Shown: positions 9,785-20,764, counted from the stretch's first letter. The stretch: DNA of 64,000 bases from an uncultured Bacilli bacterium (GCA_934098745.1 CAKOPG010000008.1:6897-70896); one strand, 5' to 3'. A program made the numbers and translations. The notes: generated by a model from the letters alone, not told the origin.

Positions 9785-10768
9785 ATGGAACAAGAATTGA
9801 TTAAAAGATATCGTTATTTATTCTTAAATAGTGAGATCATTCTAGCTAGTATGCTAGTAACCGATGAAAATAAGGGAGTATTAGTAATAGAAAATACTCA
9901 CTATGAAGAAGATTTATTAAATATGTTATTAGAGGATATTCCTTTAGAAGAAACCCAATTTTATAATTTTTTAGAAACTATGAAAAAGAAAGATTCATTT
10001 AAACATTTAGTATATCTTGGTATAGATAAAATAAAAGAAACTCACGATGGACCAGGTTCTAACTTTTGGATCATTTTAACAACCTTAAGAAATTATTTAA
10101 TCATGCATAATCCTAGTAGTATTAAAAGAAGACAAGAACTAGAAACGATGGATGAGTATTATAGATTAAATAGAACTACTTCTACCAAAAAAATTTATAT
10201 ATCAGGTTATCACATAGAATTAGAAGATATTCCTAATTGTAATTTTAGATATTTAAATAAACAATGTCGTCTAAAAAAAGAATATCATATTAATAATTCA
10301 GATAAAACTGTAAGAGGTAGTAACTTTGTTAATTTTTTTGCCTCAGTAGATTATTCCGGAAAAGAAAAATATGCCCATCATATCAAAAATGATGAAAATA
10401 GAAAAATATATTTAAGCCTTCATGATACGATAGATGATAATATCATTATATCTTGTGATTATAGTATTGATTCTGATGATCTTCCTAGAGTATTTAGTAC
10501 TAAACCATGTCATAATGAATTTTACTTAAATGAAGAAGAAATATTTACTGATTTAAAGGGAAATTTTTATCAAATGTGTCCAAGATGTGGTTATATTGTA
10601 AAAATAGATAGTGAATTATTAGTAGAACCAGTTCAAGAACGAATCATAAAAAAAGTCCATCAGGATGAAAATTATCTAAAAAAAATAAATATACTATCAG
10701 AGCTTACTTTTCTAGAATATAAAAGTAATTCTCCAACTAGAATACTTAAAAATAATTTAGTAAGATGA
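9785..10768 (+). CDS. hypothetical protein with a possible C-terminal zinc ribbon
   Basis: 327-aa ORF. CPRCGYIV plus upstream Cys/His residues suggest a zinc ribbon. No other motif recognised. Confidence 0.55.
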   Translation: MEQELIKRYRYLFLNSEIILASMLVTDENKGVLVIENTHYEEDLLNMLLEDIPLEETQFYNFLETMKKKDSFKHLVYLGIDKIKETHDGPGSNFWIILTTLRNYLIMHNPSSIKRRQELETMDEYYRLNRTTSTKKIYISGYHIELEDIPNCNFRYLNKQCRLKKEYHINNSDKTVRGSNFVNFFASVDYSGKEKYAHHIKNDENRKIYLSLHDTIDDNIIISCDYSIDSDDLPRVFSTKPCHNEFYLNEEEIFTDLKGNFYQMCPRCGYIVKIDSELLVEPVQERIIKKVHQDENYLKKINILSELTFLEYKSNSPTRILKNNLVR

Positions 10769-10861
10769 AGAAGAAATTTTCCATTCTTCTTTTAATTTGC
10801 TTAAAATGATTTACAAATTAATAAATTTAATGTACGATAAAATCACGGAAAAGAGGTTTGT

Positions 10862-11122
10862 ATGAAAGAATGTAATATAAAATTATATGACAAAAATAAA
10901 AAAATATTAAATTATAATATCATTATTAGCTTTGACTATGATAATGAATCATACATAATATATACAGATAATACTTTTGATGAAGATGGAAATTTTAATT
11001 TATATGGGGCTAAGATTAATGAAAAAAATATGCTGGAAGAAATCGTAGATGTCGATGCTATAACGATAATAAATAACTTGATAAAAGAATATAAAAATAA
11101 AATTAAAACGGGTGATAACTAA
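10862..11122 (+). CDS. DUF1292-family small protein
   Basis: 86 aa, acidic. The ...F.YDNESYIIYTD....DG...LY..KI pattern is typical of DUF1292. Its stop overlaps the next start (TAATG). Confidence 0.6.
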   Translation: MKECNIKLYDKNKKILNYNIIISFDYDNESYIIYTDNTFDEDGNFNLYGAKINEKNMLEEIVDVDAITIINNLIKEYKNKIKTGDN

Positions 11123-12558
11123 TGCTTGAAGTAAAAAAAATATCTAGAAGTAAATATGATGATTTAACTGTTAAATTTGCTAGTGCCATAAAATTAACAT
11201 GTTACAAAGTAATCCATGGATCAATTGCTAATTATAATAATTCTAATAAAGAATATCCTAAAAACAAATATAGTGAAAGAATATATTATGCTCTTATGGG
11301 AACAAGAAAAAATAATTATGCCTATTTTACAAAAGAAGCTGGTATTAGAGAAAAAATGAAAAGTTTTTCAAGTGAAGAATACACAAGTTTTATTATAGAA
11401 AAAGCCAGAAGAGTTCTTAAAGAAAGTGAATTTCAGCACTATGTATTAGAACAAAATGGGAAATATTATATTGAAGAATCAACAATAGAATATTTAATAG
11501 ATTTAATATCTAAAACCATTTTAGTTAATGAATGTATAGAAATCAAACCTCAAGTAGAAATATTTCACACCAATATTAAAGAAACAGTTATTAAACCGCA
11601 AAATGTAGAATTTTACAAACCATCAAATGAACTAGAAAAAGCTATTTTGGAGGGTAAACAAACTTCCTTCAAATTGACACATGCTAATATGTCGGGAATG
11701 TATGCCTACAGTTCTGTAGGAAATTGCCGTAGCAATCAAGAAGATTCATACTATATAGGAAGTCATCCTTATAACGAAGATTTTAAACTATTATTAGTAG
11801 CCGATGGCATGGGCGGTAGAAACTATGGAGAAATAGCTAGTAATATAGCTGTTAAGGAAATGTTATTATGGTTTAAATCTTTAGATGTTCAAGAATATTT
11901 CAGTGATAATTACCAATTAAAAGAAGAAATTAATAAAAAAATAGCTCAAATAAGTAACAAAATATACCGATTAGCTCCGGGTGGTGGAACAACTTTATGC
12001 TTTGCAATTATTAAAAAAGATAATATCTTAATAGGCAATATTGGTGATTCTAAAGCCATGGTAATGGAAAATGACAAAATACTTACCGTTACTAAGAGTC
12101 AAAATTTACCAAATGTTTGGGGTATTCCAGAGCCTTTTGATCGCTTTCATAAAAAAGGAAATGTTATTTTTAATTTTTTAGGCATGCCTGATAATGCTCC
12201 AAGTTGTAGTTTTTCCGAAGTCCCTCTAAAAAAAGAAAAAGAATACCAAGTAATGGTTTACTCAGATGGCGTAGCAGATTTACTTGGAAATGAAGAAGTA
12301 GCAAGTTTAGCAAGAAGTAATATTGGTACTAATATCGCATGCAATCTAGTTAATGCTTCTTTAAATAATACTGCTTATTTTCAAGAGGAAATGAATAAAT
12401 TAGAAAAATCTTATAGCCGTGGAGAAATATCATATGAAGAATATAGTGATATTTTAAGTAGAGTAAATGCATCTAATAAAAAAGATTATTATGAACAAAT
12501 CGCCGCCGGCAAAGATAATACGACAGCCGTTAGTATAACAATAAGAAGAGGTAAATAA
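11122..12558 (+). CDS. PP2C-family Ser/Thr protein phosphatase with a ~190-aa N-terminal extension
   Basis: 478 aa. NQEDSYY, LLVADGMGG, GDS, SDGV and DNTTAV blocks of PPM/PP2C in the C-terminal half. Translationally coupled to the DUF1292 gene. Confidence 0.75.
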   Translation: MLEVKKISRSKYDDLTVKFASAIKLTCYKVIHGSIANYNNSNKEYPKNKYSERIYYALMGTRKNNYAYFTKEAGIREKMKSFSSEEYTSFIIEKARRVLKESEFQHYVLEQNGKYYIEESTIEYLIDLISKTILVNECIEIKPQVEIFHTNIKETVIKPQNVEFYKPSNELEKAILEGKQTSFKLTHANMSGMYAYSSVGNCRSNQEDSYYIGSHPYNEDFKLLLVADGMGGRNYGEIASNIAVKEMLLWFKSLDVQEYFSDNYQLKEEINKKIAQISNKIYRLAPGGGTTLCFAIIKKDNILIGNIGDSKAMVMENDKILTVTKSQNLPNVWGIPEPFDRFHKKGNVIFNFLGMPDNAPSCSFSEVPLKKEKEYQVMVYSDGVADLLGNEEVASLARSNIGTNIACNLVNASLNNTAYFQEEMNKLEKSYSRGEISYEEYSDILSRVNASNKKDYYEQIAAGKDNTTAVSITIRRGK

Positions 12559-12758
12559 AACATAATGCCTCTTTTTTTAGAAGAAAAAAACAAACAAATG
12601 TATTGTTTATCTTGACTTTTAATTTTGTATGTGCTAAGCTTACATTGTAAGAAGGGAAAATAATAAAAGATTAATTATAAACCATCTGTTAAAACCTATA
12701 ATTATTTAAAGAAAGATCTATAAAAATTAATAGTTATATAAGATAGTTAACAGTATGC

Positions 12759-12787
12759 TTGACTAATTTTAACATAATGTTTATAAT
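12759..12787 (+). promoter_or_regulatory. sigma-A promoter at the head of the polysaccharide locus
   Basis: TTGACT (12759..12764), 17-nt spacer, TATAAT (12782..12787). Confidence 0.55.
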
Positions 12788-12810
12788 TAAATATAGGTAG
12801 AGTGATAAGT

Positions 12811-13677
12811 ATGAAAAAATTAATAACTATATTGTGGGGGCTATTAATTTTATTTGCAACAAGTAACACTGTTCTTGCCCTAACTGCTAGTGAAGAAAAT
12901 GTTGTAGTTAGTCCTGGTAGTGAAAAGACTATATCTTTATATGCAAATGTAGGTGAAGAGGTTACAAAAATATCTTTTGATTTATATTTCACAACGTATG
13001 ATATTCCGGCTTATTTTTATGTGTCAAACAATCTTACTGATAATAATCCTGATGGTCCAAATCACAAAATAAGCTTAAGTGATGCCACCTCTGGCCAGAT
13101 TCTATTAGGAACAGTTAGTATTAAAAGTAAAAAAAATCCTAAAGATTTATCCGGTGTTATAAATATTCAAAATGGAAAAGCCACCACCGCAGATGGTAGA
13201 ATTATTAACTTAAACAGTGAAAATATTTCAGTCAAAATAGGTGAAGTAAACAATAACATAGACCAAACAACTACCACTGAAAAAGAAACAAAAGAAAGCA
13301 ATTTACTTCAAAATATTGAATCTAATATAGTTAAAATAGACTTAAAAGAAAATGTTTATGAATATAGTATAACAATAAATAAAGATATTGAAGAATTAGA
13401 TTTAAAACCAGTTCCTAAAAAAGATGATTATAAAGTAGAAGTATCTAGTCAAAAAATTAAAGATTTACAAGATAATAAAATTACCATTAAAGTATCTGGT
13501 GGTAATAATACTGAAGAATATATAATTAAAGTAAATCAAATGAAAGATATAGAAAATGTCGAAGTAGATAATTCTAATTTCAAAGAGAATAATAGTTATA
13601 AAGGAAAATGGATAGTTATGATAATCATACTATCTATAGGGTTGGTTTTTGGATTAATATTACAGAAAAAGAGATAA
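12811..13677 (+). CDS. secreted, C-terminally anchored protein with a cadherin-like beta-sandwich segment
   Basis: Start moved to the ATG at 12811 (MKKLITILWGLLILFATSNTVLA signal peptide). C-terminal TM helix plus KKR. The middle segment NVYEYSITINKDIEELDLKPVP...ITIKVSGG..TEEYIIKV resembles cadherin-like repeats. Confidence 0.6.
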   Translation: MKKLITILWGLLILFATSNTVLALTASEENVVVSPGSEKTISLYANVGEEVTKISFDLYFTTYDIPAYFYVSNNLTDNNPDGPNHKISLSDATSGQILLGTVSIKSKKNPKDLSGVINIQNGKATTADGRIINLNSENISVKIGEVNNNIDQTTTTEKETKESNLLQNIESNIVKIDLKENVYEYSITINKDIEELDLKPVPKKDDYKVEVSSQKIKDLQDNKITIKVSGGNNTEEYIIKVNQMKDIENVEVDNSNFKENNSYKGKWIVMIIILSIGLVFGLILQKKR

Positions 13678-13689
13678 GGTTGTGGAAGT

Positions 13690-15564
13690 ATGAAGAAGAT
13701 AGAAAAAATATTAACTCAAAAGAGAATAAGAATTGTAATGTTTATTATCCTTGATATCCTAGCATTAGCATTATGTTCTTTTTTAGCGATAGCCCTTCGT
13801 TTTGATTTTCATGATATCCCGGGTGAATTTATTGATAACATTTATAAATATATTATAATAGATACTATTATTATGATAATTGTATTTTCTATATTTAGGG
13901 TATATAAAAGTATGTGGGCTTATGCTTCAATTACCGAATTAATTAATATTGTAACTGCCTGTACTTGTTATTTAGGAATAGAATATATATACAAATATAT
14001 ATCAAATATAAGCATGCCAAGAAGTTATTATTTAATAAAATTATTCCTATTATATATTTTTATATCTACTATTAGATTTTCATACCGTATAGCTAGAGTA
14101 TTAAAAGATTATTATAAAGTAAAAAATGGTTATACTAATACAATGATTATTGGCGCTGGACAGGCCGGTAGAATGCTAATTACTGAAATATATAATAATA
14201 AAGCTAATTTTAAAAATAAAGTTTGCTGTATCATTGATGATGATAAAAATAAAATAGGGGGATATATTAAAAATATTCCTGTCGTAGGTAATAGAAATAC
14301 TATTGAAAAAAATGTCTTAAAATATGATATTAAAGAAATAATTATTGCTATGCCATCTATTACTAGAGAGAAATTGAATCTAATTCTAGATGAGTGTCAA
14401 AAAACTAAATGTGAAATAAAAACCTTACCTAGTTTAAGTGAATTAGTAGGAAAGCCTACAATGAAGAAAGTAAGGCCAATATCTTATGAAGATTTCTTAG
14501 GTAGAAAAGAAATTGTTGTCGATCTTAAAGAAATATCTTCATCATTAGAAGATAAAAAGGTTCTTGTTACCGGTGGCGGTGGTTCTATTGGTAGTGAATT
14601 GTGTCGGCAAATCGCAAAATGTAAGCCTAAAGAATTAATAATATTTGATATATATGAAAATAACGCTTATGACATAGAACAAGAGTTAATTAGAAATTAT
14701 CCAAATTTAAATTTAAAAACTATAATTGGCTCTGTAAGAGATTATGATAGACTAGAAAGTATTTTTAAAGAATATCGACCTGAGTATGTCTTTCATGCTG
14801 CTGCTCACAAACACGTTCCTTTAATGGAATTTAGCCCTAACGAAGCTATTAAAAATAACTGCTTAGGCACATTAAACACTGTTAAATTAGCTGATATTTA
14901 TAAAGTTAAAAAATTTGTCTTAATATCTTCAGATAAAGCTGTAAGGCCTACAAATGTCATGGGAGCTACCAAAAGAATCTGTGAAATGATTATTCAGGGA
15001 TATAACAAAAAATCTAAAACAGATTATGTAGCTGTTAGATTTGGTAATGTCTTAGGTTCTAATGGTTCTGTTATTCCATTATTCCTAAAGCAAATAGAAA
15101 ATGGCGGGCCTGTAACGGTTACTCATAAAGAAATAACAAGATATTTTATGACTATTCCTGAAGCTGTTTCTTTAATATTACAAGCTTTTGTATATGCTGA
15201 AGGCGGAGAAATTTTTGTTCTTGATATGGGAGAACCAGTAAAGATATACGACTTGGCTAAAAAAATAATTAAATACAAAGGATATGAGCCCGGAACAGAT
15301 ATTCCTATTAAAATAACTGGTTTAAGACCAGGTGAAAAATTATATGAAGAACTGCTAATGGATGAAGAAGGCCTAAAAGAAACACCAAATAAGCTAATTC
15401 ATATAGGCAAACCAATAGATATGGATGATGACAAATTCTTCAAAGAACTAGATAAATTAATTAGTTATTCATATAAAAATAATAAAGATATAAAAGATAA
15501 AGTAGCTAAAGTAGTAGTTACTTATACAGTAGATAAGAAAAAAGGAAGTAATGAAAATGAATAA
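13690..15564 (+). CDS. membrane-bound UDP-GlcNAc 4,6-dehydratase (CapD/PglF/EpsC family)
   Basis: 624 aa. Four N-terminal TM helices and two Rossmann segments (GAGQAG, VTGGGGSIGSEL). YxxxK-type SDR core (HAAAHKHVP). Confidence 0.85.
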   Translation: MKKIEKILTQKRIRIVMFIILDILALALCSFLAIALRFDFHDIPGEFIDNIYKYIIIDTIIMIIVFSIFRVYKSMWAYASITELINIVTACTCYLGIEYIYKYISNISMPRSYYLIKLFLLYIFISTIRFSYRIARVLKDYYKVKNGYTNTMIIGAGQAGRMLITEIYNNKANFKNKVCCIIDDDKNKIGGYIKNIPVVGNRNTIEKNVLKYDIKEIIIAMPSITREKLNLILDECQKTKCEIKTLPSLSELVGKPTMKKVRPISYEDFLGRKEIVVDLKEISSSLEDKKVLVTGGGGSIGSELCRQIAKCKPKELIIFDIYENNAYDIEQELIRNYPNLNLKTIIGSVRDYDRLESIFKEYRPEYVFHAAAHKHVPLMEFSPNEAIKNNCLGTLNTVKLADIYKVKKFVLISSDKAVRPTNVMGATKRICEMIIQGYNKKSKTDYVAVRFGNVLGSNGSVIPLFLKQIENGGPVTVTHKEITRYFMTIPEAVSLILQAFVYAEGGEIFVLDMGEPVKIYDLAKKIIKYKGYEPGTDIPIKITGLRPGEKLYEELLMDEEGLKETPNKLIHIGKPIDMDDDKFFKELDKLISYSYKNNKDIKDKVAKVVVTYTVDKKKGSNENE

Positions 15565-16684
15565 TAATAAAAGAATTTTTTTAGCATCTCCTCATATGAT
15601 GGGAAATGAAGAAAAATACGTTAAAGAAGCTTTTGAAAGCAATTGGATAGCCCCATTAGGACCATTCGTAAATAAGTTAGAAGAAGACTTTAAAAAATAT
15701 ATGTCAGCTGGTGGAGCTTGTGCTTTGGCAAGCGGTACTGCCGCTTTGCATCTAGCTATAAAATTAGCCGGTGTTAAGGAAGGAGATTATGTGTTCTGCT
15801 CATCATTAACATTTTCTGCAAGTGCTAATCCAATACTATATGAGCATGCTATCCCAGTATTTATTGATTCAGAGCCAGGCAGTTATAATATGAGTCCTAT
15901 AGCCCTAGAAAAAGCTTTTGAAAAATATACTCCCAAAGCCGTTGTAATTGTATCACTATATGGAATGCCAGCAACTATAGATAAATTAATGAAGATTTGT
16001 AAGAAACATAAAGTAACTATTATTGAAGATGCTGCTGAATCCTTAGGAGCTACTTATAAAGGAAAATTAATAGGAACTTTTGGAAACTATAACATCATTA
16101 GTTTTAATGGTAATAAAATAATTACCACTTCCGGTGGGGGAATGCTTTTAACAAAGAAAGAAAAAGATGCAAAAAAAGCCTTGTTTTGGGCAACACAAGC
16201 CCGTGAACCAGCTAGATATTATCAACACAAAGAAATCGGTTATAATTATCGTATGTCTAACGTATCAGCTGCCATTGGTTGCGGTCAATTTGAATGCCTA
16301 GATAAAAAGATTAAAATGAAACAAGATATTTTTAATCGTTATGTAGAAGCCTTTAAGGATATACCAGAAATAGAAATGTTAAGTGAAGACAAAGATAGAG
16401 TATCTACTCACTGGTTAAGTGTCATGAAATTAAATAATTCAAAAATAACTCCTGATGATATTATCGATGCTTTAGATAAAGAAAATATTGAATCACGTCC
16501 AATATGGAAACCAATGCATATGCAACCAGTATTTAAAAAATATCCCTTCTTTAATCACAATAAAAAAGGTATCTCTGTATCTGAAGAATTATTCAATACC
16601 GGAGTATGCTTACCAAGCGATACGAATATGACTAAAAAAGAACAAGAAAGAGTAATAGAAACAATTAAAAATTTATTTATATAG
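15551..16684 (+). CDS. DegT/DnrJ/EryC1-family sugar aminotransferase (PglE/EpsN-like)
   Basis: 377 aa. Aminotransferase fold with the SFNGNKIITTSGGGM PLP-lysine block. Overlaps the dehydratase gene by 14 nt. Confidence 0.85.
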   Translation: MKMNNNKRIFLASPHMMGNEEKYVKEAFESNWIAPLGPFVNKLEEDFKKYMSAGGACALASGTAALHLAIKLAGVKEGDYVFCSSLTFSASANPILYEHAIPVFIDSEPGSYNMSPIALEKAFEKYTPKAVVIVSLYGMPATIDKLMKICKKHKVTIIEDAAESLGATYKGKLIGTFGNYNIISFNGNKIITTSGGGMLLTKKEKDAKKALFWATQAREPARYYQHKEIGYNYRMSNVSAAIGCGQFECLDKKIKMKQDIFNRYVEAFKDIPEIEMLSEDKDRVSTHWLSVMKLNNSKITPDDIIDALDKENIESRPIWKPMHMQPVFKKYPFFNHNKKGISVSEELFNTGVCLPSDTNMTKKEQERVIETIKNLFI

Positions 16685-16698
16685 AAAGGAAAATACCT

Positions 16699-17319
16699 AT
16701 GTATCAAAAATATATTAAAAGGTTATTGGATATAATCTTATCACTATTAGCAATTATTATAACATTACCCATATTTTTGATAGTAGGTATTTTTGTTCTA
16801 ATATTTATAGGAACGCCAGTCTTATTTAGACAAAAACGTCCTGGTAAAAATGAAAAAATATTTACCATGTACAAATTTAGAACGATGACTAATAAAAAAG
16901 ATAAAGACGGTAATTTATTACCCGATAAACTAAGATTAACTAAGTTGGGAAAATTTTTAAGAAAAACTAGCCTCGATGAAATACCAGAATTTATCAACAT
17001 TTTAAAAGGTGATATGTCATTCGTAGGACCTAGACCCCTTTTAGTAGAGTATCTTCCATACTATACCAAAGAAGAACATCATCGTCACGATGTAAGACCA
17101 GGCTTAACAGGTTTAGCTCAGGTAAACGGAAGAAATTTGTTGGGCTGGAATGATAAATTCAAAAAAGATTTAGAATATGCTAATAATGTAACGTTTATGG
17201 GTGATTTTAAAATAATCATTAAAACAATATCAACTGTATTAAAAAGAGAAGGAATAAGTGACCAAAAAACAGTTACTATGACTAGTCTGATAGATGAAAG
17301 GAAGAAAGCAAATGTCTAA
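16699..17319 (+). CDS. undecaprenyl-phosphate sugar phosphotransferase (PglC/EpsL-type initiating transferase)
   Basis: 206 aa. One N-terminal re-entrant helix, KFRTM, DEIPEFINILKGDMSFVGPRP motif. Confidence 0.85.
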   Translation: MYQKYIKRLLDIILSLLAIIITLPIFLIVGIFVLIFIGTPVLFRQKRPGKNEKIFTMYKFRTMTNKKDKDGNLLPDKLRLTKLGKFLRKTSLDEIPEFINILKGDMSFVGPRPLLVEYLPYYTKEEHHRHDVRPGLTGLAQVNGRNLLGWNDKFKKDLEYANNVTFMGDFKIIIKTISTVLKREGISDQKTVTMTSLIDERKKANV

Positions 17320-17929
17320 AAATATTATAATAATTGGTGCTGGTGGCCATGCCAAAGTAATTGCAGATATCATCACTAAGTCAGACGATAACCTAATTGG
17401 TTTTTTAGATGATAACTTAGATATTCAAAACAAAACAATTTATTTAGATAAGAAAGTCATAGGTACTATAAAAGACATCGATAAATATAAAGAATGTTAT
17501 TTTATTATAGGTATTGGAAATAACAACATAAGAGAAAATATTGCTAATACCTATAATTTAAAGTGGCATACTGTCATTCACCCAAGTGCTATAATAGCAA
17601 ATGAAGTATCAATAGGAGAAGGTAGCGTAGTAATGGCTGGAGCAATTGTAAATCCAGGTACTAAAATTGGTAAACATTGTATAATAAATACTAAATCATC
17701 ATTAGATCATGATAGTATAATTGAAAATTATGTTCATATTTCTCCCGGAGCAACACTTGCAGGCACTGTACATATAAAAGAAAAAACATGGATATGTGCT
17801 GGAGTAACTATAATTAATAACATAAAGGTAGCAAAAAATAATATTGTTGGTGCTGGGGCTGTAGTGATTAAAGATATAAAAGAAGAAAATGGTACTTACG
17901 TTGGAGTACCTGCAAGAAAAATAAAGTAG
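17294..17929 (+). CDS. NeuD/PglD-family hexapeptide sugar N-acetyltransferase
   Basis: 211 aa. N-terminal IIGAGGHAKV Rossmann-like domain followed by left-handed beta-helix hexapeptide repeats. Confidence 0.8.
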   Translation: MKGRKQMSKNIIIIGAGGHAKVIADIITKSDDNLIGFLDDNLDIQNKTIYLDKKVIGTIKDIDKYKECYFIIGIGNNNIRENIANTYNLKWHTVIHPSAIIANEVSIGEGSVVMAGAIVNPGTKIGKHCIINTKSSLDHDSIIENYVHISPGATLAGTVHIKEKTWICAGVTIINNIKVAKNNIVGAGAVVIKDIKEENGTYVGVPARKIK

Positions 17930-17938
17930 GTGAAGGAT

Positions 17939-19045
17939 ATGAAAAAAGTGTTATATGTTGCTACTGTAGATATACATATAAAAACGTTTCATTTACCATA
18001 CTTAAAAATGCTACATGATATGGGATATGAAGTCCATGTCGCCACAAACGGAACGGAACAATTCCCATATTGCGACAAAAAATATACGATACCGATTGAA
18101 AGAAGTCCATACAAATTAAAAAATATCAAAGCTATTAAAGAGTTAAAAAAAATAATCAATAAAGAAAATTATGATATTGTCCATTGTCATACTCCAATGG
18201 GATCAGTTGTTACTAGATTAGCTGCAAAAAATGCAAGAAAAAATGGAACAAGAGTAATATATACAGCTCATGGATTTCATTTTTATAAAGGAGCTCCTAT
18301 AATAAATTGGTTATTATTTTATCCAATAGAAAAATACTTAGCCAAATATACTGACACCTTAATTACGATAAATAAAGAAGATTACAATTTGGCAAAGAGT
18401 AGATTTTTTAAAAGATGTAAAGATATAGAATATCTACCAGGAATTGGCGTTGATAGTTCAAAATTTGATTTAAATATTAGTGATAGAGATAAAAAGACCT
18501 TAATGAATGAACTCAAATTAAAAAATGATGATTTTGTCATAATTTATCCAGCAAGATTATGCCCAGACAAGAATCAAATATTATTATTAAAACTTATGCA
18601 AAGATTAAATAATAATAGTAATATAAAATTGCTTTTACCCGGAAAAGATGAATATAATGGATTTTATCAAAAATTTGTTAACAATAATAAAATCAATAAT
18701 GTATTATTTTTAGGTCACCGAAATGACATTTCAAAACTATTAAAAATATCTGATTTATTGATAGCAACAAGCATCAGAGAAGGATTTGGAATTAACCTTG
18801 TTGAAGCCTTAGCAAGCGAAACTCCCGTTATAGCCGTTGATAATAGGGGACATAGAGAAATAATCGTTGAAGGAGAAAATGGGTTTATTATAAAAAATGA
18901 TATTAATGATCTAATGGACAAGTTTAATTTGATTTACAACAATCATGATCTGTATAACAAATTAAAAGCTAATAGTTATAAAAGCGTAAGAAAATACTTT
19001 TTGAATAATTCTATAAAAGAAATGAAAAAAATATATGATATTTAG
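17939..19045 (+). CDS. glycosyltransferase family 4 (GT-B)
   Basis: Start moved to the ATG at 17939, after the AGGTGA RBS. The EGFGINLVEALA E-x7-E-type block is present. Confidence 0.8.
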   Translation: MKKVLYVATVDIHIKTFHLPYLKMLHDMGYEVHVATNGTEQFPYCDKKYTIPIERSPYKLKNIKAIKELKKIINKENYDIVHCHTPMGSVVTRLAAKNARKNGTRVIYTAHGFHFYKGAPIINWLLFYPIEKYLAKYTDTLITINKEDYNLAKSRFFKRCKDIEYLPGIGVDSSKFDLNISDRDKKTLMNELKLKNDDFVIIYPARLCPDKNQILLLKLMQRLNNNSNIKLLLPGKDEYNGFYQKFVNNNKINNVLFLGHRNDISKLLKISDLLIATSIREGFGINLVEALASETPVIAVDNRGHREIIVEGENGFIIKNDINDLMDKFNLIYNNHDLYNKLKANSYKSVRKYFLNNSIKEMKKIYDI

Positions 19046-19062
19046 AAAGGATAGAAATAACA

Positions 19063-19609
19063 ATGAAAAAAATTAATACTATTATTGCTAAAGATTTCAA
19101 AAGAATCTATCCTAATGGTTTAAGATTACCAGTTAGAATAAAAAATATTATCACTAATGATATAACGTATATTAAATGGAAATATATTAAATACATGAGA
19201 ATTAGTAATGAATTAAAGTACAGTAGTAATTTTTTAAATAATATTAAAAAAATTTATTATGATAGGAAAAGGAATAAACTCGGAATACTATTGGGATATG
19301 AAATTTATTCTAAAGAAATTGGCTATGGTTTATGTTTATATCATAATGGACCTATTGTAATCAACAAAAACAGTATTATTGGAAATAACTGCTCTTTACA
19401 TGGGGAATTGTATAGGAAATGATGGCATTAGTGATGAATGTCCTATAATTGGCGATAATGTTGAAATTGGCGTTGGTGCTAAAATTATTGGAAACATAAA
19501 AATCACCAATAATGTAATAATTGGTGCCGGTGCAGTTGTTGTTAATGATATATTGGAAGAAAATTCAGTAGTTGCTGGAGTTCCAGCTAAAATTATTAAA
19601 AAAAAATAA
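19063..19609 (+). pseudogene. hexapeptide-repeat O-acetyltransferase interrupted by a +1 frameshift at a G4 run
   Basis: ORFs 19063..19422 and 19379..19609 are two halves of one left-handed beta-helix acetyltransferase. Removing one G from GGGG (19402..19405) gives ...IGNNCSLHGNCIGNDG...PIIGDNVEIGVGAKIIGNIKI...VAGVPAKII. Confidence 0.7.
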
Positions 19610-19629
19610 TCTAATTGAGGTGTATTAAT

Positions 19630-20763
19630 TTGAAAATAATTATAACAGTAAATACCTATTATCCTTTAAAAGATGGCGTTCAGTTCGTTACTCAATATCA
19701 TGCTGAAAATTTGGCTAAAAGAGGCCATAATGTCGTAGTTTTTACCACAAATCATGGCAATGATGTAGAGGAAATTCATAACAGAGTAAAAATTATAAGA
19801 TTTAATGTTGTTAACAAACACACCATTTATATGGGAGAAAAAGATAAATATTTACAGCGCTTGAAAGCAGAACTAAAAAATGCTGATGCAATTATTAATG
19901 TTTGCACACAACATCCTTTAACTGATTGGTGTTTTTCTATATTTGATAGTATTAAATGTAAAAAAATATTGTATATGCATGGAATGTATGATAAATCATT
20001 TAATATCAAAACAATTTCTAACGTTTCTGATTTAGGACATAAAATTTGGAATAATATAAGATGGGGTATATACTATAAAAATTACAAAAAGATTTTTAAA
20101 AAATATGATAAAGTTATTCAACTACATAAATTTGATACCGGATATATATTTTTTAAGAAAAAATATAATATTGAAAGTAATATAATTGAAAATGCCGTTG
20201 ATGATAAGTTTTTTACTAGTTGTAAAGAAAGAAAAAAGTATGCTATTTCTGTTGCAAATTATATGCCTAGAAAAAATCAAGAGTTCATCCTAAGAGCATT
20301 TTATAAAAGCAAAATAGAAAAAGATTATGAATTGATTTTAATAGGAAGTGAAAAAAATGCTTATTATCATAAACTAATTTCTTTAAAAGAAGAATTAGAA
20401 AATAAATTTGGTCATAAAAATGTAAAATTATTGTTTAATATTGATCGTAAAGAAACTATTAATATGATTAAAAAAGCATCAATATATCTATTAGGCAGTA
20501 AATGGGAAGCATTTCCCATATCTATAATTGAAGCAATGGCTGGCGGAATCCCATTCATTTCAACAGATGTTGGAATTGTTAAGTATTTGCCCGGTGGTGT
20601 TATTGTAAATAAAGAAGATGAAATGGCCTATTGGCTTGAAGTACTTGCTACCGATGATAGGTTAAGAGAATATATTGGTGCTACTGGAAATCAGTATGCA
20701 ATAAACCATATGACAATTGAAAAAAAAGTTGATGATTTAGAAAGAATAATAAAAGGTGAGTAA
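19630..20763 (+). CDS. glycosyltransferase family 4 (GT-B)
   Basis: The likely start is the TTG at 19630, 7 nt after a GAGGTG RBS (the ORF track starts at 19615). WEAFPISIIEAMAGGIPFISTDVG block. Confidence 0.75.
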   Translation: MKIIITVNTYYPLKDGVQFVTQYHAENLAKRGHNVVVFTTNHGNDVEEIHNRVKIIRFNVVNKHTIYMGEKDKYLQRLKAELKNADAIINVCTQHPLTDWCFSIFDSIKCKKILYMHGMYDKSFNIKTISNVSDLGHKIWNNIRWGIYYKNYKKIFKKYDKVIQLHKFDTGYIFFKKKYNIESNIIENAVDDKFFTSCKERKKYAISVANYMPRKNQEFILRAFYKSKIEKDYELILIGSEKNAYYHKLISLKEELENKFGHKNVKLLFNIDRKETINMIKKASIYLLGSKWEAFPISIIEAMAGGIPFISTDVGIVKYLPGGVIVNKEDEMAYWLEVLATDDRLREYIGATGNQYAINHMTIEKKVDDLERIIKGE

Positions 20764-20764
20764 T

